From positions 14,694,001-14,758,000 of the forward strand of contig JBHGNT010000017.1 of the NCBI GenBank assembly GCA_043228905.1: a stretch of 64,000 bases of DNA, read 5' to 3'. Both the position numbers and the translations under genes were made by a program. The notes under the pieces are model-generated. The model saw only the letters and a list, made by a program, of their open reading frames with translations. It did not search any database and was not told the DNA's origin. This stretch comes from Azolla caroliniana. Its lineage: Eukaryota; Plantae; Polypodiophyta. The stretch's first letter is position 1; every line of letters starts with the position of its first letter. Below are positions 1-12,039 of the stretch, piece after piece.

Positions 1-739
1 TGTGCGGTTTGGTGGAGGTGGATGTCGTGAGGGATTCCAGGCATAGAGAGAATAGGGAGTCGATCACGTATGAACAAGAATTTCAGCCACAAGAAGGAGA
101 ACTCGTCGGTCGCATGTGAACGCTTGGATGCAAGGAGGCACGGGAACTAGGCTTATGTATATATTAAGAACATTGTAAATAACATTGGACTAATAAGTAA
201 TAGGAAGTATGATTTAGATGGGTACTTTAAAGTCCCACAAAAGAGAGGAATGAAACGTGTGTAGGGAGGAAAATGAGGGGAGAATCTTTGACAAAATCGG
301 TTGATGTAACGCTGATCCTCCTCTCCTTGGATCTATAGAAGGAAAGGAGAGAGACAATTAGACGGATCCATCGGTTTGGACGACAAAGCATTGTCAGATT
401 GAGCTCTACAGGTTTCCAGTTTTTTGCTCTGTTTATTCGTTAGGTGTCGGTAAGGCCTCTACTTGCACAAGAAGCCCGTGTGCTCCCGACCCGAGGCTCA
501 TCAGCTAGGTGTGCATGTGTGGGAAGAGCTTGAAGCTCTATTGCCAGTCCAGTCAAGTTGTATTTTCTGTGTTTTACTCTATCTGAGTCTCTCTCTACGT
601 TTGAGTCCACGTTTGCATTTTTGTTTCTGTTCAGTATGCACATCTACCTGAGTTTCCAAGCCCGTGTGCTCATCTCCAGATAGTATATCGTTGAGGGCAT
701 GTGTGCCCATGAGGCATCTAGTAACCAAACCAGTCAATA

Positions 740-774
<35 letters not shown>

Positions 775-1725
775 ACTCACTCCTTGGTTCAAGACCCCAG
801 TGGTCCCATCCTGATCCAAGACGTACTCGTCGATTCTCGCGACAACGTCGGATCAGAGTGAGTCTGATGGAGCCGTGAGCGATGGTTTGAAGCCGCCTAA
901 CGAGAACCCCATGATTTGATATGGATACAACGAGTACATGGCGCACCACTATGCGTACATGGTTAAGGTGGCTGAAGTCCGAGAGCCGAAGAGCTACGTG
1001 GAGGCATCATAGGATGCCACATGGAAATTGGCAATGGAGGAAGAGATGCATGCTCTAGCCGAAAACGAGACATTGGATTGGGTTGACCCCCCCCAAAGGG
1101 GTGGCATCTACATCAAATGGATGTAAAGAACATGTTCTTGCAAGGAGAACTTGAAGAACAGGTATATATAATTCAACCCCCCCAATTTCAATGCGCAATG
1201 AACAAGTCAACAATCTGCCAATTGAAGAAGTTCCTTTACGGACTGAAGCAAGCCCCTTGAGCTTGGAACGCAAAGATCACATAGTGCTTGCATCGGATGG
1301 GGTTTCAGCCATCAAAGTTGGACTCCTCCTTGTTCATTAGGCAAGGCCAAAATGGGTCAGTGTGCATATTGCTTTATGTTTATGACCAGGTCATTGTCAC
1401 TACCCACCTTGAAGAAATCGGTCGTGTCAAGTCTCAATTGTCGGCAGCCTTTGAATGGGGCCTTTCATCACTTCCTCGGGATCAAAGTGATCTGCACCCC
1501 GATGGCATATTGATCAGCCAAAGACATTATGTATTCAATATGTTGATCAAATTCTGCATGATGGATTGCCGATCCGTCTCAACTCCTCTAGGTAGAAGTG
1601 CCAAGCTTCACCACGATTCAGTGTTGGCTTGTGATGCGACATGGTTCCGGTAGATTGTCGAAAGCCTTATCTACTGGAGGATCACCCGACCCAACCTCAG
1701 CTATCTGGTCGGTGTGATCAACTAA

Positions 1726-2147
1726 TGTTGAGATACAAGCTCAACATTGGGTGCGTAAACTAGTGCGTAGACTGGGTGCATAAACCGGGTGCGCAACGAG
1801 AGGTCGTAGCGGTGCGTAAACCGGGAGGCCGTTGGATAGATATTCCATGGAGGAATATATTTTGGGAGTTAGTGTAGGCGCTCATTGATGAGCATTGAAG
1901 TACGTGTCAATACTTCTGTCAATCCATATGGACCTATATAAAAGTGCTCTCTGAGCACATCATATGTATAGAGTTTTAGAGTATTGTTTTGGAATAGAGT
2001 TTTCTGTGTTCTGCTCTCTCTATCTCTCCCGCGTACGCTGTGTTGATTAAGCTTTCCATTAAACCTTCCTCATCTTCCTTGTCTCTTTGTCTTTTGGCTG
2101 TTGTTACCCGGTTGTGTTTGTTAAGCTTCTGCACATATTCTGTTACA
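1726..2147 (+). mobile_element. Solo LTR inserted in the copia RT
   Basis: TGTTG...TTACA termini, flanked by ACTAA/GCTAA (5-bp TSD, 1 mismatch). Removing it restores the copia GVIS(Q)FM motif. TATA box at ~1935. Shares sequence blocks with the LTR at 3171-4869. Confidence 0.85.
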
Positions 2148-3423
2148 GCTAATTCATGTCAAAGCAAATGATTGAGCACCTTGAGTGCGTTGCGTTATGT
2201 CAGCGGCACAAAGGATCTTGGGTTGTTGTATCGAATCATCGTAGCCAAACAGTTAGTCAGCTACACAGATGCCGATTGAGCCGGAAATGTTGGCAATTGT
2301 CGATCAACATCAGGGTATGCCTTCTCCTTGGGGAGTGTTGCGATCACCTAGAGCAGCAAGAAGCAACCGATAGTAGCACTATCAAGCACCAAGGCCGAGT
2401 ATCGAGGACTGATTGTCGCTACATGCCAAGCCATACGGCTTAAGCAACTATTGAAGGATCTATAGGTGGAGGTTGTCGATCCGACAATGATCGATTGCAA
2501 CAACCTGAGTAGCATCCAGCTTGCGAAGAATCCTGTCTTCCATGCTCATATCAAGCACATAGAAGTGCATTATCACTTCGTGCACAAGCACATTCTCAAT
2601 GTTGAGGTCGAACAACGACATTTCGGACAGATCGGCAAGTGGCCGACATCTTCACCAAACCCTTTGGACTCGACATGTTGTGGCAATTCTCGGGCATGCT
2701 TGGGTTACAACACCTCGATATGCTGAAATTGAGGGGGAGAGTCGATGGGGAGGGGGCAACTCAAAAGGAAGTGAACTGGCTAGGGGGAGACCAGCCGATA
2801 GGGAGAGCATGAAGAAGATGAGCTAGAGTTGGAGCCACCTGAAGACAAGGAGAGAGCCAATGGAGAAGACAACTGATTCGAATAAAGGAGATGATTCAGA
2901 CAAACCAAATCAAGAGAACGTTGATTGAGCGAGAGGACAGCCGAAGATAATGCCAAGACGGGAGAACTGATGGATTGGAGGGCGCCGAAGACGAAATGCT
3001 GGAGACAAGGCCAATGAAGACCTAAGGAGCAAACAAGCCGACTAGACGGATCGAGGAGCACAAGATCGGTCGGGTCGTGGAGCGTGAACCAAGAGGCATG
3101 CTAATAAAAGGAGCCTAAGAGGAGGATTGGTTGGACCGGACGGCGACCTCAAGTTGAGTTTGAGGGGGACTATTGAGTGACAAGCTCAACATGCCGAATC
3201 GACTAAAGGCCAAATACCGAATTAGCTGAAGAAGCCAAAAGCCTAATCAACTGAGGAAGCCGACATCTGGATTGGCTAGGAGCCAACAAGCCGTTAGAGG
3301 CCTATATTCCTATTTTAGTAATAGGAATATATCATGTAGTTAGTGTCATATGCTCACGTATGAGCATTAAAGTACTTGTCAGTACTTGAGTCAACCCAAT
3401 ATAACAGGGCTTGTATAAAACGT

Positions 3424-4689
3424 TGTCGTGATGTTTTCGACACATCGTGTGAAACCAACCTTAAAAGAGAATAAAATAGTAGTCCAAATAAAGTAATGTT
3501 GTTAAGTTAACTATAGTAATAAATGAAAGGATAAAAAGGTAGAAGTAGTTTTCAAAAGTAGACAAAAGTAGAGAAAAAGATGGGGAGAAAAAAGAAGAAG
3601 CACGCGTGGATATGAGGAGCACGGTAGAGAAAAAAGCTCATAATTGCCTTGTCAGATGTCCAAATTAGAAAAGATAAGATGCATAAGAAAGCTAACCCAA
3701 AGAGCTTTCCAAGAATATCTTGCATGTGAAATTTGAGGCTAGAAAACAGAAATAGTGAGGAAAAGAAAAGTTGACTCATATAGACAAGCTTTTTTAGGGG
3801 GAAAAGGCAAGCAATCCTAAACCTATAAATAAGAGCCTATTCTAGTGAAGAGAGAGGGGGAGGGAGAAGGAATGTGGAAGCTCTACTCAATTGGAAAGAG
3901 GAAGAAGAAGGATCAACAACATCGAGAGGCATCATCAATAAAGAAACTCCTTCTATACTCCACTCCAAGGTTGTTAGGTATGTTAGGTACAGTACGGATA
4001 CCATACGTATATAACGCGTACGTATATAACGTATTAATAACCGTATAGTGCCTCCCAATTTAAAAATGCGTTAAATACGTTTTCTTAATATGTTAAATAC
4101 TTATCAAAAACGTATTTTATGTATAGTACGTTTGTGCTTATTTGTTTGTGTGTTTTGTGATAAGGGAGCGTTTTGGGCTTGCCCATGCACCTCTCCTTTC
4201 ACAAAGGCATTCAAACTTATGTGTCTTGCGTGTTAGTGGAAATCTTACTTGTGTGTTCATGTGACTTGTGGCAAGGGAGCGTTCGGCCTTGCCCATGCAC
4301 CTCTCCTTTCACAAGGCGTTCAAAATTGTGTCTCCCATGTGTAAACCTTGCTTGTGTGTTCGTGCGACTTGTGGCAAGGGAGTGTTCAGGCTTTGCCCAT
4401 GCACCTCTCTTTTCACAAGGCATTCGAAACTCTGTCTCTCGTGTGTGGAAGTAAGCATTTTCCTTGTGTGTCCGTGTGTAAGCCTTCCTCACGTGCATTC
4501 GTTCGCCTTGTGACTAGGGGTTGATTCGGGCTTGCCCGTGCACCTCTCCTTTTCACAAACACGTTCGAATAGTCGTGCCTTGTTTGTGTAAGACTTCCTT
4601 GTGTTGTGCGTGTAAGCCTTATTTCCTTCCGTCCATAACCCTGGTGGTTCCGCCTCACGATCCGCACATAGTGATGGATTTCCACGACA
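3424..4689 (+). mobile_element. TGTCGTG...CACGACA element (solo-LTR-like) with 4-bp ACGT TSD, copy 1
   Basis: ACGT at 3420-3423 and 4690-4693; 7-bp terminal inverted repeat. Removing it restores the host LTR (tataaaacgtgctcactaagcacat, compare tataaaagtgctctctgagcacat in the solo LTR). Internal ~110-bp tandem repeats at ~4175-4580. Confidence 0.8.
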
Positions 4690-4869
4690 ACGTGCTCACT
4701 AAGCACATTGTGATGTACAGAGTATTATCATTTTGAATTGAATTGTTGTCAATTGACTCTGTCTCTCTATCATATTGTCTCACACTCATTCTTTGTGTTT
4801 ACCTAACTATCTATTGTTGTCCGACTATGTCTATTATCTTTACAGCTTCTGCACATGTAAACTCTTACA

Positions 4870-5355
4870 ATCATATATTTGACAACACTTTCCATGATCA
4901 TGATTTCAATGGGAAGTGACCCCATCTCAAGAAGTGGGAGGGGTTTATGGTGTTTGTTTCTTGACTTGGAGAAACTTTGTAAGAAAATTTTGATTTTGGA
5001 CATTTTCAAACTCTTTCCAAGGGGACTTAGGGATGCTACCTTCCCATCCTTCCATCCCATAGAGAGCACTAGTGTCACCTAAGTGTCGAAATGGTATTTT
5101 TTGAGGAACCAACACTTAATTCTCCAAATGCATAATATACTCTTTTTCCCAGGGCTAGCGAATAACACATTCATTCCATCTATTATTTAAACATAAAGAC
5201 CAAGGTAAGCTTTCTACCATTTCAAGTGGCTCATTATTATTTGCATGGTTTATCCATTTTTGGGCTCTAGACAAGCATAATCTTTGTTTAGAGCTATTGA
5301 CACTATCTTAGTATGCATGCAAAATTCTTCCAATGCCCTCATAAACTTTTGCGCA
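4870..5355 (-). mobile_element. LINE (non-LTR) RT 3' fragment
   Basis: Continues the LINE at 22714-25379, with ~85 bp shared by both segments. Degenerate RT C-terminal coding sequence on the minus strand. Confidence 0.6.
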
Positions 5356-8283
5356 TCGGCTACGTCGATTTCGAACAGAGGTACGATCTTCGGATTATCC
5401 TGCAAGTATTGATCTACCTCTTCATCTGCTAATCCGTCCAGCATATTGACGCATTCGGCATATAGGGGTGTCAATTCCTTCCCGGTACACGTCCGTGGTT
5501 GTGTCGGTACCCGTACTTTTGCTTTTCCTTGCCGGAAGGTGATTATATTCTTCCTCCAGTTTTGTTTAATGTGCGCCGTTTTCAACCATGGCCGCCCCAA
5601 CAATAGTGGGTAAGCTCCTTGTGCCTGCAGTTGTAGCACTACTGCCGAGATGCAAAATGTGTGGCCACCGATCGTTACATCCAAATCTCGTATCAAGCCG
5701 GTCGGTCGCATTGAGCTTGTATCCGCCATCCGCAGCCAGAACGGGCATGGTTCCCACTCTTGGATTCCCAAGGTTTTGCACGTTCGGAGGCTAATCACAT
5801 TGACGCCGGATCCTCCATCTATTACTGTTCCAGGTAACTCCTTTCCCTTCACAATGGTTGTGATCGCCGGACTATTTGTGTCTACTACCGCCGGTCCCTC
5901 CTCCGGATTTGAGAAGAATGTTGGAGCCGGTGGTGTTTCTCCTGCCGTCCTGCCTGTCTTGAGTCCTTCTGTGAATCTGGGCACTAGCTGCAAGAGCCAT
6001 CCTAATGGCAGCGTGATTTGGCATTCCCGCAATGCTTGCCAGGTCGCATTTTCGAGCTGACTGCCATCGGCGAGCTCTTCGGTATTTTCCTTTTGCTATG
6101 CAAGCTCTGCCATGTTTTGTGCATTCGCCTTTTTTACCCATTCTGTTGCCTGCTTGCGGATGGCCTCTTGCACCTCCCATTCCGTCTCCTTACCCTTCGA
6201 TCTTGTGGTCACCTGTTGCAGGTCTACGACTTCGGCAACTACCATATTCACCTCTGGTCGTTTATCATAGCTCTTTGCTAGGCATTGATTACTATAATGT
6301 CCTTCTTGTCGGCAATAGTAGCAATATGCTTTCCGGGAGGTGCTGGATTCGGCATTGTTTCCTACTCCCGGTGGAGGACCTGCGGTAACGGCGGGGCTTT
6401 GATCCGGTTGGCTACTTGAGGCGCCCTTCTCCGGTTCCCGTAGGTGACCCCTTTTGTTGAAATGGCGTTTCTTTTTGTTCCGATACTCTTGACGGGGCTG
6501 GTCATCATGTCTGTCGTAGGCTTCCCATCGTTGGTTGTAACCGGGGGATTGGTCCCGATTGTATCTTTCATACTGTCCATTATACTCCCGGTACCGATCA
6601 TATCTCTCATACCGGTCAGGGTTGTCCCTATACCGGACATCCTGTGCTGGTCGGCATTGCTCTTCTCACCTCCAACTTTCTTCTTCCTCCTCCTTGGTAC
6701 TCCGTGGTTCGATTTGCAGAACCGGTGGTGCTTGGCGATTCAACAAATTGTACTCGCACTGCTCCATTGTGTGGTTCCTGGAATGGCACAGTAGACATTG
6801 CGACCGCATGGTACATTCTAGTGCTGAGTGTCCAGCATTTAGGCATGTTGTGCATTGAATAGCTTGTCGAAACCGGAGATCCTCATCAGTTGGTAACGCT
6901 CGTTGGAGTGCTCCCATTGTTAGCCAAGAGCTTGTTTTCTCCATTTCTCTAACCCAGTCGATGACCTGGTCGACGATACTTGTGCGAAAGTCGATGACTA
7001 TGCATACCGTACGTAGAGGTTCCCGGAGCGCGGCTAAGAATATAGCCTATGTTTCTTCCTTCAAAGGTGCTCGGGTAAGCTGACTGTGCATCCATTGAAA
7101 CCGGATGACAAACTGTAGAATGCTCTCCCCAAGGTTCTGCCGGATGGTATAAAATAGGTCCACCATTTCTCTCTGGTCCACCTCCTTCTGAAAGAAGTGC
7201 AAGAATTTAGCTTTCAGGTCCACAAAGGTGGTGATGGTGCCGGGGTCCTGCGTCCGGTGCCATCTGGTGGTCAGTCCTTCCAATGTCACGCCAAATTCGG
7301 TTATCTTAGATCGTTCCTCTTCGGCTGCGGTTAACTGTTGTGACACATGGTTCGCCTCCCATGTTTTTTGAAAAGCGTGAACATGAGCCTCCGCGTCCGG
7401 GTCATCCCTATACTTGGGGTACTGGAACGGCATGTCATCGTCCGGTGTTGGTGCGCAGGCTGGCGGTGTCGGTGGTCTTTCCTGCTCTTTCGTCGACGTC
7501 GGAAGTCGTTGTTGGTCCTCTGTCGGAGTCGGAGGTCTTTGCCGGTCCTCCTTCGGTGTTGCCAGCTCGACTTCCGGTGTCGGAGGTCTTTCTTTGTCCT
7601 CTTCCGTCTCCGAAGGTTGCTCCACGTCTAGTGCCGGAGGTTCCCGGTCTGACAATTCTGGTTCCGGTGTCGGTAATGTATCCGACTCCTCGTCCTGTGG
7701 TCCTTCCGGGGTGTCGTTACTGCTACGATAGTTCGTGTGCGCGTTGTAACCCCCTTCCGAATCCGATTCCAGCGCCGAAAATGCTTCGGATTCGCGGGCT
7801 CCTCCGGCCAAGGCCTGGAGAAGGGATTCCGCTTCCCGGAGACTGCTTAAGTTGCTTCCTTCGTCCGGGTAGGCGTTTTGTTGCAGACGGAGCGACTCCT
7901 CCGCCACTTTCAGGATAACTTTGGAAAATGGTCGATCCGATCAGATTTCTTCTGCCACTTGGTGGAAAGCCTCTCACCACCTTCGTCGTTCAACAAGTTG
8001 ACTTGCTCTCTCCGTAACTGGGTCGTCCGTTGGCCTAGTCATCCATTCCCGCCGTTGTTCACTGCGATTGTGCAGGAATCGTGGTCGCCAAAAACTATGT
8101 TAATCCTTAGGGCCGGACAACAGCCTAACACAGGGTGTCCACTTAAGACACTTCACCAAAGGGTGTTACAGCGAGATAACTTACGACACAACGCTTAATT
8201 GGACCTTAATCGGTTACTTAGTAATACGTCATTAACACGCGTAAGATATACAATAAGCACAGAACGGTGAACAATACTTAGTG
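5356..8283 (-). mobile_element. Ty3/gypsy 5' half: LTR end (8283-8098), PBS, gag with zinc knuckles, aspartic protease
   Basis: LTR end ...ggattaaca followed by PBS-like tttttggcgaccac. Gag ORF 7047-7907. CTTCLNAGHSALEC and CLLCHSRNHTMEQC knuckles in 6666-6944. Protease VIDGGSGVNVI...LLGRPWL in 5250-6032. Confidence 0.9.
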
Positions 8284-10042
8284 ATTAAACAAAACTGGAG
8301 GAAGAATATAATCACCTTCCAGCGGGGAAAAGCAAAAGTAAGGGTACCAACACAACCATAGATGGGTACCGAGAAGGAATTGACACCCCTATATGCTGAA
8401 TGCGTCAATATGCTGGACAGATTAGCAGACGAAGAGGTAGACCAATACTTGCAGGATAATCCGAAGATCGTACCTCTGTTCGAAATCGACGTAGCCGAAG
8501 CCGTATCACCATACATACTGCCACCGGACAGAGCCGACGAGGAACCAAATAAAGAAGTGATCCGGGAGCTACGGCAAGCACAAGAGGCGTTGGAAAGAGA
8601 AATGGTCGTATCGCAACGGGTTAAAGCATCCCAACTACGGAAGAGGCAAGAGCGGTGCAAATCGCCAAGGAAATGACTGCGGAGAACAAAACGGCAATGA
8701 TTACACTTCTCAAAGAATTTCGGGACGTGTTTGCCTGGTCTTACGAGGATATGCGAGGGCTCGATCCTCAGCTATATCAGCATCAAATACATTTGATCAA
8801 AGACGCCAAACCGGTAGCACAGCGACGGTACTGAATGAATCCAAATTACGCCGCCAAAGTCAAGGAGGAAATCGACAAGTTGTTGAGGGTTGGCTTTATC
8901 TGCCCAGTAAAGAAATCTACATGGCTGAGCCCAATAGTAGTCGTACCAAAGAAAAACGGAAAATTTAGAGTTTGTGTTGACTACCGTAAGCTTAACGCGG
9001 CGACGGTAACAAATGCATTCCCACTCCCATTTACAGATGGAGTTTTAGACGTAGTCACCGGCCATGAGGTATACAATTTCTTAGACGGATTCAGCGGATA
9101 CAACCAGATCCGAATGCACCCCGATGACCAGGAGAAAACGGCTTTCGTCACCGAATGGGGAGTGTTTGTTGCCGTAGTAATGATGTTCGGACTAAAAACG
9201 GCGCCGGCAACGTTCCAGAGGATCATCATGGAAATCTTTGGAGAATTCATACCGGCATTCATGCAGGTGTTTCTGGATGACTTTGTCGTCTATAGCCGGG
9301 AAGGAGATCACTTTCAGCACCTCCGACTGTGTCTAGAGAAATGTCGGGCTTATCGGCTAAGCTTGAATCCGGCAAAGTGTGTATTCGGAGTGTCAAGCGG
9401 GGCGCTATTAGGACACATTGTGAGCAAGGAAGGAATTGCCATGGACCCGGACAAAGTAAAAGCAATCTTAGAGGCACCGGCACTAACAACGGCCAAAGCA
9501 TTAAGCCGTTTCTTAGGCCAAATCCGGTGGCATAGCCGAATGCTCCGGTATCTGGCGAACCTAGCTACACCGCTGCATGATGCGGTACACTGAACACCGT
9601 TCCAGTGGACCGACACCAAAGACAAGGCGTACCGGGCACTCAAACTACTATTGTCGCAAGTGCCGGTAGTGCAACCCCCGGATTGGGCTAAGGAGTTTCA
9701 TGTGTTCGTGGATGCGTCCGACATTGCAATCGGAATCGCGCTGATGCAACTTACGGAGCCAAGGTGGTACCGACCTGTATATTACGCAAGCCAAAAGTTA
9801 TCCCAAGCCGAACGAAATTATTCCACCACGGAAAGGGAAGCTTTGGGCATGATCTACAGCGTGACAAAATTCAAACATTATTTGCTGGGAAGGAAATTTT
9901 CCTTCCATGTACGTCATTCGGCACTCCTCTATTTAGTTTCCAAAGTGTCACTAACCGGTAAGTTGGCACGGTGGACATTACTGTTGCAGGAATTTGAGTT
10001 TGAAATATTCCACCGACCCGGCATACAGCACGCAGTAGTAGA
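8284..10042 (+). pseudogene. Ty3/gypsy pol: RT and RNase H (frameshifts and stops)
   Basis: WLSPIVVVPKKNGKFRVCVDYRKLN, LDGFSGYNQI, MFGLKTAPATFQR, VFLDD, FVDASDIAIG, NYSTTEREAL, ARWTLLLQEF. Confidence 0.95.
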
Positions 10043-10597
10043 GGGTAAAAGCATGCGAGTGGAAACACTATTATAGCTAATTAGCTACTAAAATGGCCAT
10101 AGCTAATTAGCTATTTGTTTAGCTAGTGTTTTTTATGGGAAAATCAAATATTTGAAAAACTAATTTATGAAAAAACTCAAATATTTGAACTTCTGTTTCA
10201 GACGTAGTGGAACTTGGGGAATATCACCATCATCTAAGGTCGACTTCAATGTCATCAATTTCCTGTTTAGCCTAAGTCTGATTTTGAACGCAGATGGAGT
10301 ACTCAGAGCACGAACGCAGACATAGCTCCCGCAACAGCAAAAAATCGACATTGCAGATTGAGAGCTACAACACAGAACCCGCTCGATCATCGTCCAGGTA
10401 TGTTTCAGTTACAGAAACCCCAAACATTTGTTTTTTCTTTTTGACTACTGTCTGAACTTTGGTGCCGATTCATATTTCCCCAAAATCGAATAGGGCGAAG
10501 TCCTTGGAGTCCCATACAAGGATGTCTCGCAAATCGGGGAGTAGCAACAGGTGTGTTTATATTACTTTTTTTGTGTGTAATCCTGTCTTTAGTGATG

Positions 10598-11070
10598 ATT
10601 GGGGTTTCTGATTGAAATTTCTGATTAGGGTTTTTGTTTATAAATTGCTTATTAGAATTTCTGATTAGGGTTTGTGATTGAAATTTCTGATTAGGGTTTG
10701 TGATTGAAATTTCTGATTAGGGTTTTTGATTATAAATTTCTGATTAGAATTTCTTAATAGGGTTTCTGGTTACAAATTTTGATTACAAATTAGAATTTCT
10801 GAATAGGGTTTTTGTTTATAAATTTCTGCTTAGGATTTCTGATTAGGGTTTGTGATTGAAATTTTTTATTAGGGTTTCTGATTGAAATTTCTGATTAGGG
10901 TTTTTTATTATAAATTTCTGATTAGAATTTCTGAATAAGGTTTCTGGTTACAAACTTCTGATTACAGATTTTGATTAGGGTTTCTGATTTCAAACTTCTG
11001 ATTACAGATTTTGATTAGGGTTTCTGATTTCAAATTTCTGAATACAAATTATGATTAGGGTTTCTGATTT
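10598..11070 (+). repeat. Telomere-like / telobox-containing tandem array (GATTAGGGTTT(C/T/G)TGATT..., ~26-39 bp units)
   Basis: About a dozen TAGGGTTT cores inside a GT...AG intron (10550-11175). Confidence 0.8.
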
Positions 11071-12039
11071 GCTAAGTTAAAGATTTTGCACCATTTTTGT
11101 TGTTGTTGATTGGGGTTTTTGATTCTCACATATTCTGATTTTGCACTATTTCTGATTTCTGAAATGATATTTCAGATGGCTCATTCCTCCGTATACGAGA
11201 GTGCTAAACTTCGCAAAATTTTGCGAGACAAAGGAGGACTTCCACAACACCTATGGTCTGTCACTCGAGGGTGTTGACCCTGCTGTCCTAAGTGATAAAT
11301 TGATCAGTGATATAGACTGGATGACAGTATATACAGTGCCTAGAGCAAAGTTACTTCTGATGTTACAACAATTAGAAATAAGATTCAGGTAACTATTGTT
11401 TTGCTGGTATGTGATTGTGTTATAAATAACGGGTAAAATGTGCTAATCAAGCATTATCTGGAATAGGTTGCGCAACAGGAGCTTGAATTAGAGGGGCCAC
11501 TGGATCCCCAACGTAAAATAGAACTGCAAATAGAGATCCAGGTTCTTTCAATGAACCTGGACCTTCTAGGTGTAAATACTGTTGCAGATTACAATTTGGA
11601 TAAGCTTCAAGTAAGTTAACGATTCCTGAGCAAAGTTGGTGTATCTTTCAACAACAAGAATAATTAATCGGTAAATTTCTCTGTTGCGTTGAAGGAACAA
11701 TACATTCATCAAGAACAGGTAGTTAGCTGCCTTAAGAAGAAGCTACATTTTGTGGAGGGAATGGTAAGGACCAGACAGGATTTGGACCTGAACATTCTTG
11801 CTCCCTTACCAAATGAAGTAGAACCAGAAAATGATTTATTGACAGTTCAAGCACGTTGCATCGCTTGCGGGTTAGGTGTGGAGGACAAAACTGCGTCTTT
11901 GTTGGTTCACCTACAACCATGAAACCACACATACCATCTGCTTTGTTTTCAACATGCTTGTCGAATTGTTGCATTCTGTTTGGGAGATTGCAGTACAACT
12001 CTACCAAATGAGTGGAGAAAACTAACAGGTATACCATAC

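Larger units (their letters stand above)
900..4869 (+). mobile_element. Degraded Ty1/copia retrotransposon: 3' part of pol (RT-RNaseH), 3' UTR, PPT and 3' LTR (3171-4869, interrupted)
   Basis: Copia RT/RNaseH motifs in broken frames: MEEEMHAL..NETLD, KKFLYGLKQAP, ILLYVYD, WSSKKQ-like, IDCNNLSSIQLAKNPVFHAHIKHIEVHYHF. PPT gagtttgagggggac at ~3156-3170, followed by an LTR start tattgagtgacaagctcaac; the LTR ends ...cttctgcacatgtaaactcttaca at 4869. Confidence 0.85.

Noticed and set aside
23-430. TGTCGTGA at position 23 as a fourth ACGT-family element
   Set aside because: Not preceded by ACGT, and I found no matching right end or conserved subterminal motif.
5250-5355. C-terminal tail of the 260-aa protease ORF (QKFMRALEEFCMH...)
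   Set aside because: Chance read-through from gypsy into LINE sequence at the rearrangement junction, not a real fusion gene.
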